64,000 nucleotides of DNA from NCBI GenBank assembly GCA_963768855.1, contig CAVYJM010000011.1, positions 288,001 to 352,000 on the forward strand, written 5' to 3'. Source of the stretch: an uncultured Thermoplasmata archaeon (GTDB taxonomy: Archaea > Thermoplasmatota > Thermoplasmata > RBG-16-68-12). Positions 42,501 to 50,945 of this stretch are shown piece after piece; within the stretch, counting starts at the first letter, position 1, and each line of letters starts with the position of its first letter. The notes under the pieces are model-generated. The model was not told the DNA's origin. It searched no databases and was given only the letters and a program-made list of their open reading frames with translations. The translations under genes and the position numbers were made by a program.

Positions 42501-43544
42501 CTGTTCTGCAACAAGTGTGGCCGACAACTCCCCGACGGGTCCGTGTTCTGCAACTTCTGTGGCTCCCAGCAGGGCGTCATCCCGCAGGCCGCGGGCGCGC
42601 CCGTGGCGCCAGGCATGCCCCAGCAGGCTCCAGGCGCCCAGCCGTACAACCCGGCGGCTCCCGTGCAGCAGGTCGCGGCTCCGGCCATGCCGCAGAATCT
42701 CAAATGCAACTCGTGTGGCGCTCCCCTGAAGCCCTCCTCGGGCCTCGCCCTCGTGGTGTGCGCGTATTGCGGCGCGGCCACGACGATGGGGGCCGGCGGC
42801 GCGGCCCAGGTCATCCAGAAGCACTTCATGCTCGCGAGCACGATCGGCCAGGAGCAGGCCCTGAACGCGGGCGGCCAGTGGCTCAACAAGGGCATCCTGC
42901 GCCGCAAGGTCGCGGAGAAGTCCGACCTCGGGAACACGATCCTCAAGTTCGTGCCCTACTGGGTCGTCCCGACGACGATCGTCGCGGACTACCAGGGGAC
43001 GAAGGGCTCCGGCGTGGCCCAGATGCGGTCCGAGACGACCGGGGGCAAGGTCCTTGGCGGCGCGCTCTTCGCGCTCCAGGCGGCCGCGGCGGCGAACCAG
43101 AACCGCAACCGCAACCAGGTCCAGCCCCAGATCGTCCGCGTGCGGGACCGGATTCAGATTTCGAAGAACATCCCCGTCGTGGCGGTCCGCGGCTACAACA
43201 AGTACCAGCCCGAGGGCGGCTACGAGTTCAACGAAGCCGCGAAGGTGAACTTCGACAAGAGGGCGAGCGGCGGATCCGAGGTCATGGACGGCGATGTCAC
43301 GGAGGCCGAGGCGAAGCAGCTCGCAGGCGGGCAGGCGCAGAAGATCGCGGAGCGGGAGGCGAAGAAGCGCGTCGACACCCTGGAATCGATCCAGGTCTAC
43401 CCGACGATGACGGATGGCGAGCTGCTCCACGTGCCCGTGTTCTTCGTTGAGTATCAGTTCAAGGGAAAGCCCATGTTCATCGCGATCGACGGGAACGCAG
43501 GACACGTCATGAACGGGGAGCGACCCGCAGTCGCGCTGTGGTGA
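42501..43544 (+). CDS. YdjG-like zinc-ribbon protein (apparent CTG start)
   Basis: (M)FCNKCG...FCNFCG, CNSCGA...[24 protein letters not shown]...IDGNAGHV; GGAGGT SD 6 nt upstream of CTG 42501; in-frame TGA at 42471. Confidence 0.8.
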   Translation: MFCNKCGRQLPDGSVFCNFCGSQQGVIPQAAGAPVAPGMPQQAPGAQPYNPAAPVQQVAAPAMPQNLKCNSCGAPLKPSSGLALVVCAYCGAATTMGAGGAAQVIQKHFMLASTIGQEQALNAGGQWLNKGILRRKVAEKSDLGNTILKFVPYWVVPTTIVADYQGTKGSGVAQMRSETTGGKVLGGALFALQAAAAANQNRNRNQVQPQIVRVRDRIQISKNIPVVAVRGYNKYQPEGGYEFNEAAKVNFDKRASGGSEVMDGDVTEAEAKQLAGGQAQKIAEREAKKRVDTLESIQVYPTMTDGELLHVPVFFVEYQFKGKPMFIAIDGNAGHVMNGERPAVALW

Positions 43545-43631
43545 CCCGTTTGGGACATCCGTTGGAGTTCCACCGGTACCCCTAAATACATAGCTTTCAA
43601 GAACGATAGAGCACAAGGCTAGGCGAAGATC

Positions 43632-44156
43632 ATGCCGGACATACGAGAGAAGGTCGAGGACGATCGTGGCCTCATCAAGAAGATTCAGCTGAAGATCCCC
43701 GGATACGCAGGTTACCGCCGCCGGGAGGACATCCGCAACGCGGACATCCTCCTGCGGAACCAGGTCGCGGACCAGGTGAAGAAGGTCCGCGCGGACCTCG
43801 AAGGGGTCCGCGACGGGCTGGCGGCCGACGGGAAGTACCAGGGGCTTCAGCCCATCGGGAACCTGATCTTCCAGCTCCAGGCGACCGAGGCGAAGGTGCG
43901 CCACTCGGAGGGCGGCTACTCCGGGATCAGCGCGAACATCCGAGTCGAGGAACCCGAGCTGGACAAGCTCTATGAGTACGACTACTCCATGCTCGAGAAC
44001 CTGGACAAGTGCGCCGCGGTGATCCCGATGATCCTGGCCGCGGCGGACCCGGCAAGCTTCAACACCTCGCTCAAGGCGTTCAAGGATGCCCTCGCGGCCT
44101 TCGACCTGTCCTTTGACCAGCGGATGATCATGATAACCGGCACGAACGTGAGGTGA
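43632..44156 (+). CDS. conserved alpha-helical hypothetical protein
   Basis: KIPGYAGYRRREDIRNADILLR, GGYSG, LDKLYEYDYSML; overlaps the SPFH gene start. Confidence 0.8.
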   Translation: MPDIREKVEDDRGLIKKIQLKIPGYAGYRRREDIRNADILLRNQVADQVKKVRADLEGVRDGLAADGKYQGLQPIGNLIFQLQATEAKVRHSEGGYSGISANIRVEEPELDKLYEYDYSMLENLDKCAAVIPMILAAADPASFNTSLKAFKDALAAFDLSFDQRMIMITGTNVR

Positions 44157-45352
44157 ACACGATGATTCCAAGTGTCTTCTTCTTCGGCGGCGCGAAGCGA
44201 ACGGACCAGACGGCAGGCCGCGGCGAAGGCCTGACCTCGAGCATGACGATTGCGTGGGACGACCAGTTCAAGCGGGCCAACATCATGTGGAAGGTCCCGC
44301 GCAACATCCGGATGAACGACAACATCGTGGTGCGGGAGGACGAGATCGCGGTGTTCTACCGCGACGGGAAGGCCCTCGCGTACCTCGACAAGCCGGACCG
44401 CTATGCCCTGACGTCGCAGAATGTCGCGATCCTGGGCTGGCTCCAGAAGGTCTTCACCGGCGTCGTGCAGCAGGCGGAGGTCTTCTACCTCCAGAAGCGC
44501 ATCTTCGACGGCAAGTTCGGCACGCAGGAGCCGTTCCTGTTCCAGGACCCGGACTTCGACATGATCCAGCTGCGCGCGTTCGGGGACTTCCGGTACCGCA
44601 TCGGCGACCCGGAGATCTTCATCAACCAGTTCGTCGGGACCTTCGGCGCCGCCACCTCGGCGGACATCGAGGACCGGATCAAGGACGAGCTCGTGAAGCA
44701 GCTCAACGTCACCTTGGGCAAGATGAAGCAGCAGGGCCTCAAGGTCGTGGACTTCGCGGCGAGCCTGAACGACATCGAGCAGGGCACGCTCGCGAACTCG
44801 AAGCCCCACTTCGTGAACCTGGGCGTGGAGATCATCCAGGTCAGCGGCATGAACATCCCGCTGCCCGAGACCGTCAAGGCGGCCATCGACAAGATGGGCG
44901 CGGCCCGCACCTTGGGCCGCACGAGCGCCGCGGCGTACCAGCAGTTCGCCGTGGCGGACGCCCTCACGACCGCGGCCGCGAATCCGAGCGGCACCGCGGG
45001 GGTGGGGGTCGGCCTGGGCGCCGGCATCGGTATGGGCTACGGCATGGGCTCCCAGCTCCCCGGGATGATCGCGCAGCCTCCGCAGGCTCAGCAACAGCAG
45101 CAGATGAAGGCGTGTCCGAAGTGCGGTACGATGAACCCCGTGACGATGAAGTTCTGCGGGTCGTGCGGCGCGGACACGACGGTCGCCGCGGGCAGCAAGC
45201 CGTGCATCAAGTGCGGCAAGCCCGTCCCGCCCGGCCTGAAGTTCTGCGGCGAGTGCGGCGCGTCCCAGGTCCTCAAGTGCCCGGACGGTCACGACGTCCC
45301 CGGCGGCATGAAATTCTGCCCCGAGTGCGGCAAGCCGGTCGCGCAACCCTGA
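44153..45352 (+). CDS. SPFH (YdjI-like) domain protein with C-terminal zinc ribbons
   Basis: IVVREDEIAVFYRDGK, AEVFYL, KFGTQEP, LRAFGDFRYRI, Gly-rich GVGVGLGAGIGMG, CPKCG/FCGSCG, CIKCG/FCGECG, FCPECG; ATG 44162 is an alternative start. Confidence 0.9.
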   Translation: MNTMIPSVFFFGGAKRTDQTAGRGEGLTSSMTIAWDDQFKRANIMWKVPRNIRMNDNIVVREDEIAVFYRDGKALAYLDKPDRYALTSQNVAILGWLQKVFTGVVQQAEVFYLQKRIFDGKFGTQEPFLFQDPDFDMIQLRAFGDFRYRIGDPEIFINQFVGTFGAATSADIEDRIKDELVKQLNVTLGKMKQQGLKVVDFAASLNDIEQGTLANSKPHFVNLGVEIIQVSGMNIPLPETVKAAIDKMGAARTLGRTSAAAYQQFAVADALTTAAANPSGTAGVGVGLGAGIGMGYGMGSQLPGMIAQPPQAQQQQQMKACPKCGTMNPVTMKFCGSCGADTTVAAGSKPCIKCGKPVPPGLKFCGECGASQVLKCPDGHDVPGGMKFCPECGKPVAQP

Positions 45353-45368
45353 GCCGGAACCTTGCGAA

Positions 45369-45410
45369 TCCGGGTGGGGCCCCGCCCCATCCGGACCTTC
45401 CACTTTTCGA
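45369..45410 (+). terminator. hairpin terminator after the SPFH gene
   Basis: 12-bp stem TCCGGGTGGGGC/GCCCCATCCGGA (one G:U) followed by a pyrimidine tract. Confidence 0.55.
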
Positions 45411-45523
45411 GTTTCTCGTGGAGGCCACACCCTCCCGATCCGACCGCGACGCGCCCGGGAGTTCCTACATAACATCTAAGTCCCGATGCGCGAATCGCGG
45501 GCCCAACACGGAAGTGGCAACCC

Positions 45524-45976
45524 ATGCAACCCGCAGCCCCTCCCCCGGCACCCGCTCCTGCGATCGCCGCCCCGAAGCTCTCGTCCCTCGCGCTCTACGC
45601 GATCGCCGCGATCGCGGTCATCGCCATCGCCGCGATTTTCGGCTTCATCCTGTTCGCCTCGGGCCTCAGCTTCACCTCCCAGCTCTGGTGGATGGGCCTG
45701 TGCGGCCTGATCTTCGCCCTCCTCTTCTACATGGTTTACGCGTCCACCCACAACCGGACGATCACCTTCCCGCTCGCGGGCGCGTTCTTCGTCATTGGAG
45801 TCGGCAGCTTCTACGGCTCCATATTCGTGGACGCAAACCAGGGAAACCTGGGGAAGCTCGCGCTCAGCGTAATCCTGTCCATCTTCGTCGTGATCGTCCT
45901 GGCCACAATCTTCTACATGTCCCGACAGGGCGAGCGCGACGCGATCCGGAAGAGCCAGCGCAAGGTCACGCCGTAG
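45524..45976 (+). CDS. 4-TM membrane protein
   Basis: four hydrophobic helices, basic C-tail. Confidence 0.75.
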   Translation: MQPAAPPPAPAPAIAAPKLSSLALYAIAAIAVIAIAAIFGFILFASGLSFTSQLWWMGLCGLIFALLFYMVYASTHNRTITFPLAGAFFVIGVGSFYGSIFVDANQGNLGKLALSVILSIFVVIVLATIFYMSRQGERDAIRKSQRKVTP

Positions 45977-46367
45977 CCGGTTCGAGGTAGGCCTTCAGGG
46001 GCGCCCAGTAGAAGTCGAGCCAGCCCTGACGGAGCTCCTCGGCCAGGCGGTTCGGGACGTTGCTGTGGACGAACATGAGCCGCGTCCCCTTTCCCTTCTT
46101 CGAAAAGTGGAACATGATCTTCGAGTCGGGGTCGGACTCCTTGAAGTCCGTCGTCCGCCACGATTGCACGATGACCTTGTCCTTCTCGATCCGCAGGTTC
46201 TTGCCCTCGATATACCCGTCGAAGGCAGTGAACTTCCCGCCGACCTTCCGGGAGAGGGACGCCTTGTCTTTCGTGAACGCGCTGTGCTTCTTTGAGTCCA
46301 AGATCGCCTCGAACACATCGTGCGGCGGCGCGTCAAGGAGGACGGTCTGGCGGATCGTCGTCGACAT
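45966..46367 (-). CDS. SRPBCC/AHSA1-like (START-fold) protein
   Basis: APPHDVFEAILDS, GGKFTAFDGYIEG, IVQSWRT, GTRLMFVHSNVP, QGWLDFYW. Confidence 0.9.
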   Translation of the reverse strand: MSTTIRQTVLLDAPPHDVFEAILDSKKHSAFTKDKASLSRKVGGKFTAFDGYIEGKNLRIEKDKVIVQSWRTTDFKESDPDSKIMFHFSKKGKGTRLMFVHSNVPNRLAEELRQGWLDFYWAPLKAYLEPATA

Positions 46368-46445
46368 CGCATCCAGGAGGGTTCGAAGGTAACCTAAGCC
46401 TTGCGCCCGCGAGAAGCTCCCGATGCGCGTCTGGGTTCTCTCCTC

Positions 46446-46952
46446 TCACCGAAGAATCCGGCGCCGGAGCACAAGGAAGACCGTGGCGAACACGCCCACC
46501 GCGAGGAAGACCGCGAGGGCCACGATGGTGGGTGTGACCCAGTCAGTCGGGGTCCCGCCGCATGTGAGGCCGAACCCGTTCGTGAGATGGAGGGTTTGCC
46601 ATCCTCCGATTGAGTCCGCGGAGGCGCCAAACCCGAGAGGAAGATCCCCTCCGCACCCGTTCCACACCTCGAGCGTGTCGGCAGCGGAAAGGAAACCGTC
46701 GCGGTCGTTGTCCTGGTACGTGACCGGTTCGGTCGCGGTTGCAGTCCGGCCGACATGCTGGGATGCCTGCACCCACGTGTCGTTCACGGGCCAGGGTTGC
46801 CACCAAACCTGGCTCAACAGGAGGCCCCCGCGCTGCGTCAACGTGACGACGCAGAGGGGCGAGGATTCCGAGACGGTGTAGGAGAGGGGTGGGCACGGTG
46901 AGCTGGCGGAAGCTATCCCCGCGACCGCAAGGAGGATTGTGGCCATCAGCAT
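46446..46952 (-). CDS. secreted protein with C-terminal TM anchor and a DxDxDG motif
   Basis: signal peptide, DNDRDGFLSAAD, C-terminal TM + RRR. Confidence 0.65.
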   Translation of the reverse strand: MLMATILLAVAGIASASSPCPPLSYTVSESSPLCVVTLTQRGGLLLSQVWWQPWPVNDTWVQASQHVGRTATATEPVTYQDNDRDGFLSAADTLEVWNGCGGDLPLGFGASADSIGGWQTLHLTNGFGLTCGGTPTDWVTPTIVALAVFLAVGVFATVFLVLRRRILR

Positions 46953-47122
46953 GCCTGCGAGAGCAGTCCAACGCGCGCGGCAGATGCAGGGGTCCGCCAA
47001 GCCTGTCCCTCCGCTTCCGTAGCTGCACAGAAGACGTTAATGCTTGTCTCCACGAACTCGATTCACGGTACCGGACCGCCCAGCCCGCGTGCGCGAGACT
47101 GGGTGAGGTCGATCTGGCGGCC

Positions 47123-48199
47123 TCAGACGAACTTGTAGATGTTCGCGGGAGGCTGGCCGCCGCTCTGGCGGATCTCCTCCTCCATCTGCTCGAGCATGAG
47201 GATCCGGTCGATCGTCGGCGGGTGCGTGGCGAAGAGCTCGTTCGCGCGGCGCCAGTGGCTCTTCTTCTCCGTCTCGAGGGCCTTCTGGAGCTCGTACTCG
47301 TCGATCTGGCCGTCGCGGTTCAGGTCGTACTGCTGCATCCGCTGCCGCAGGTCCTCGTAGTCCTCGCGCGCCTTGACCGGGTCCCCGATGAAGAATGCCC
47401 TCAGGCCGGAGGGTTCCGCGTCCGGCCGGGCCAGGCTCAGGCCGTACGTGATCTTCGTGAGCGCCGAGGCCAGGAGGTGCGGGTCCTTCGTCGCCGCCCC
47501 GCTGTACGCGTCCGCGTAGGACTCGCGGGTACGGGAGAGGTACAGGACGAGCAGCTGGGTGATCAGATAGACACAGTAGGAGAGGATGGCGACCGCAATC
47601 GCGACGGCGATGGCCTGTCCCGCCCCTTTCCCGCGGGCCCGCCCGCTGGCGCGGAGCACCTCGAACCCGCCCCGCGCGATCACGTACGCCAGGAGGGGGA
47701 CCGCGGAGGCCCAGGTCATGATCGTCACGTCCCGGTGCCGCAGGTGGCCGACCTCGTGCGCCAGGACGGCGCGCACCTCGTCCTGGTTCAGCTGCTCCAG
47801 GAGGGGCCGGTTCACGACCATCTCCGCCGAGCCGACCGTGCGGCCGAAGACGAACGCGTTCGGGTCCGACACGTCGCTGACCCAGAGGTGGCGGACCATC
47901 GGCACGCCGGCCTGCTGGCAGAGCTCCTGGACCGTGCGGTAGAGCCAGGGGTTCGTCTGAGGCGTGACCTCCTGGCGGGCCTTGGCGGCCCACCGCACGA
48001 TGGACGGCGAGATGGCCCACTGGAGGATCAGGAAGATCACGGTGAGGAGGACGACCGCGATGAATCCAAGGAGCGGGTCGATCCCGGACACGAAGAAGTC
48101 GACGATGCCGAGGACGGCCAGGAGCAGGAGGGTCAGGATCGCGAAGACGAGGAAGATCGTCAGGTCGCTGCCGCGTCGGAGGGCGCCGAGGGAACCCAT
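47123..48199 (-). CDS. htpX: HtpX (M48) zinc metalloprotease with EF-hand loop
   Basis: PNAFVFG, LAHEVGH, SRTRESYAD, FATHPPTIDRI; DLNRDGQIDEYE insert. Confidence 0.92.
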   Translation of the reverse strand: MGSLGALRRGSDLTIFLVFAILTLLLLAVLGIVDFFVSGIDPLLGFIAVVLLTVIFLILQWAISPSIVRWAAKARQEVTPQTNPWLYRTVQELCQQAGVPMVRHLWVSDVSDPNAFVFGRTVGSAEMVVNRPLLEQLNQDEVRAVLAHEVGHLRHRDVTIMTWASAVPLLAYVIARGGFEVLRASGRARGKGAGQAIAVAIAVAILSYCVYLITQLLVLYLSRTRESYADAYSGAATKDPHLLASALTKITYGLSLARPDAEPSGLRAFFIGDPVKAREDYEDLRQRMQQYDLNRDGQIDEYELQKALETEKKSHWRRANELFATHPPTIDRILMLEQMEEEIRQSGGQPPANIYKFV

Positions 48200-48241
48200 C
48201 GAAACGGCTATAGGTGCGTTCTTCATGAGTCTTACGCTGGC

Positions 48242-49036
48242 ATGCCCGAGCTCGTCGAGTCGATTAACTGCCCGCACTGCGGCGGACCCCTGAACCTGAC
48301 GACGGGCGAGGTCATCGTGACCTGCCCCTACTGCGGCTCCGCCGTCCGGATCCGGAGCGACAAGCCGTTCCTCCTGGTGCACTCGATGCTCCCCGCCCGG
48401 TTCGACCGGGACGGCGCGGCGGCCCAGATCGGGAGCTGGATGGAGGGCGGCATCATGAAGCCGGACGACCTGCGGCGCGCGTCGCGGATCACGTCCCTGG
48501 ACGGCCTCTACCTCCCGTTCTATGTGTTCGAGGCGGACGCGGACACCGCGTACCAGGGCGTCCTCACCCGGACCGGGACGAATGAGCGCCGGACCGGAGA
48601 CCTCGTCCGGAACTACTTCTGGAAGATCCTGGGCCGCCGCAGCGGGGAGTACCAGGTCGCGGACTACCACATCCCGCTCTCCCTGAAGGTGCCCTTTGAC
48701 TCGACGCAGATGCTGAAGGACGCGCGCCTCCTGAACGCGGAGATCGACGAGGACGAGGCGGGGCGGCTCGTCCAGGAGCAGGTCGACGCCCACCAGCGCG
48801 AGCTCCTCAAGGACCTCGTGGACGTCTTGGAGAACGCGACCACGAAGGTGACGCTGAAGGACGCCGAGTTCCTCCACGCGCCCCTGTGGTTCGCGACGTA
48901 CGAGTACCGCGGGAAGACCTACAAGATCGTGGTCGACGCGGCGTCGGGCGACGTCGTCCGCGGCGACATCCCGGTACCCAGCGGCGGCCTCGGGGAGTTC
49001 CTCAAGGACTCGACGAAGAGCCTGTTCGGCCGCTGA
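48242..49036 (+). CDS. second YdjG-like zinc-ribbon protein
   Basis: CPHCGG...CPYCG, YLPFYVFE, FLHAPLWFATYEYRGKTYKIVVDAASGDVV; same motif order as 42501-43544. Confidence 0.85.
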   Translation: MPELVESINCPHCGGPLNLTTGEVIVTCPYCGSAVRIRSDKPFLLVHSMLPARFDRDGAAAQIGSWMEGGIMKPDDLRRASRITSLDGLYLPFYVFEADADTAYQGVLTRTGTNERRTGDLVRNYFWKILGRRSGEYQVADYHIPLSLKVPFDSTQMLKDARLLNAEIDEDEAGRLVQEQVDAHQRELLKDLVDVLENATTKVTLKDAEFLHAPLWFATYEYRGKTYKIVVDAASGDVVRGDIPVPSGGLGEFLKDSTKSLFGR

Positions 49037-49042
49037 GTCCCC

Positions 49043-49153
49043 TCAGTCCTCGGTCGGCTCCTGGTCCTCATAGTCGGCCAGGTAGGCCCCGCAGTTCGGG
49101 CACATCTCCGCGTCCGGATCGACCTCCCAGCCGCACTCGGGGCAGTGCTCCAT
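49043..49153 (-). CDS. 36-aa zinc-ribbon microprotein
   Basis: manual translation MEHCPECGWEVDPDAEMCPNCGAYLADYEDQEPTED; TTTTTAG TATA-like element about 35 nt upstream. Confidence 0.75.
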   Translation of the reverse strand: MEHCPECGWEVDPDAEMCPNCGAYLADYEDQEPTED

Positions 49154-49204
49154 CCCCCGCCTCGGACCCCATACGCCGCTCCCGGGGCTAAAAACTAGCG
49201 GGTT

Positions 49205-50887
49205 TCAGAACTCGTCCAGGGTGGTGGGCCCCTTCTTGCGTGGGACGCGGGTTGCGGCGGTCTCCGCCCGCTGCGCGGCCTCTTCCGCGAGCGCCTCCCG
49301 CCGGGCCTCGAGGAGCCTCTCCGGGGCGGCGGTCACGAAGGTCTCGCCGCTCGGCTCGCCGACGAAGATCTTCTGCTTCAGGTCGCGCCGGAGGCGGTCC
49401 AGTTCCTGGTGCATTTTCCGCTCCTTGCGCTTCGCGCTGTAGAGGAACGCCTCGTCCCGCGTATCCTTCGTCACGAGCATGATGACCTTGCCCTTCGCGC
49501 TGCGCCCCGTGCGGCCGCGCCGCTGGATCGTGCGGATCTCGGAGGGCACGGGTTCGTAGAAGACGACGAGGTCGACCTGCGGGATGTCCAGGCCCTCCTC
49601 GCCGATCGACGTGGCGACGATCACGTTGATGTCCCCCTTGCGGAACTTGTCGAGGATATCCACTTGCTCCTTCTGCTTGAGGCCGATGTCCTCCCCCTTC
49701 GAGGACTGCCCGACGAACCGCACGGGCCGGATGCCGGGGATCTTCGCGAGCTCGCGGGTGACCGTCTCCGAGGTCTCGCGGTAATGCGTGAAGACGATGA
49801 TCTTGGAGTCGGGCTTCGCCATGAACTGGTCCCGCACGATCCACGCAGTCTTCTTGAGCTTCGGATGCTCCGCGCTCGTCTCGAGGGCGATCTTGATCGC
49901 CTCCTGGACCTTCGCGTGCTTGATGAACTGGGTGTCCGCGCGGTTCTTCGCCCCGGTCTCGAGGCGGTCGAAGTAGGATCGCAGGGAGCCCATCCCCTGC
50001 GTCTCCGCGAGGGTGATCGCGTGGTTCGCCTTCATCGCGATCGCCTGGGCGGTCATCGCGCCGAATAGGCGGCCGTCCTTCTCCCCGCCATCCAGGCGCT
50101 TGCGGATCTCATCCCCCGCCGCCAGGATGTCCTTCGTCGTGGGCTTCGCCTTTCCCTGGAGGAAGCCGATCTTCTTGAGCCGCTCGGCCTGCTCCTCGTA
50201 GACGGTCTCGAGCAGGGTGCGGATCTCCTTCGCCTCGTTGGGTGCGTCGATCGGGATGCGCTGGATCTCCAGCCCCTGGACGTACGGCACGACGTCCGCG
50301 TCGAACTCCGTGCGGATCTCGACCGCGGTGATCCCGAGGTTGTCGCAGACCTCGAGGATCTTCTCCGCGCTCGACCCCGGGGAGGCGGTCATCCCGAGGA
50401 CGAGGTGGTCCTTCACCTCCTTGTAGACCGCGGCGACGTCCACGTAGGCGTAGTCTCCGGCTGCGCGGTGCGCTTCGTCGAAGACGATCAGGCTGACGTC
50501 CTCGAGGTCGTAGCGGCCCGCGCGGAGGTCGTTCTTGATCACCTGCGGCGTCGAGACGATGATCTTCGTCTCCCGCCACTGGAGCTCGCGGTCCTCCGGG
50601 GCGGCGACCTCCCCTGTGAAGACGGCGATGCGCTCGACGACCAGGATGTCCCGCAGGGAGGCGGCATGCTGCTCGACGAGGGGCTTCGTCGGCGCGAGGA
50701 AGAGGATTCTGCCCCCCTTGCGCCGAAGGATCTCCGCGATGACCATCGCCGCCACGACCGTCTTCCCCATCCCGGTGGGGAGGACGACGAGGGTGGAACG
50801 GGAGAGACAGGCCTTGGCGATGTTCACCTGGTAGGCGCGCTCCTCCACGGCCCCGCGGCGGAGAAGCTCGTGGGTCACGAAGGGCAC
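49205..50887 (-). CDS. hef: Hef/FANCM-like SF2 helicase lacking the ERCC4 nuclease domain
   Basis: RAYQ, LPTGMGKT, FDEAHRA, MTASPG, TSIGEEGLDIP, QRRGRTGR; ends PTTLDEF. Confidence 0.9.
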   Translation of the reverse strand: MPFVTHELLRRGAVEERAYQVNIAKACLSRSTLVVLPTGMGKTVVAAMVIAEILRRKGGRILFLAPTKPLVEQHAASLRDILVVERIAVFTGEVAAPEDRELQWRETKIIVSTPQVIKNDLRAGRYDLEDVSLIVFDEAHRAAGDYAYVDVAAVYKEVKDHLVLGMTASPGSSAEKILEVCDNLGITAVEIRTEFDADVVPYVQGLEIQRIPIDAPNEAKEIRTLLETVYEEQAERLKKIGFLQGKAKPTTKDILAAGDEIRKRLDGGEKDGRLFGAMTAQAIAMKANHAITLAETQGMGSLRSYFDRLETGAKNRADTQFIKHAKVQEAIKIALETSAEHPKLKKTAWIVRDQFMAKPDSKIIVFTHYRETSETVTRELAKIPGIRPVRFVGQSSKGEDIGLKQKEQVDILDKFRKGDINVIVATSIGEEGLDIPQVDLVVFYEPVPSEIRTIQRRGRTGRSAKGKVIMLVTKDTRDEAFLYSAKRKERKMHQELDRLRRDLKQKIFVGEPSGETFVTAAPERLLEARREALAEEAAQRAETAATRVPRKKGPTTLDEF

Positions 50888-50945
50888 GCTCCGCACACGC
50901 CGGGGAGCGGGGATAACCCTTTGCATCCGTCCCGCGAAACTGGCC

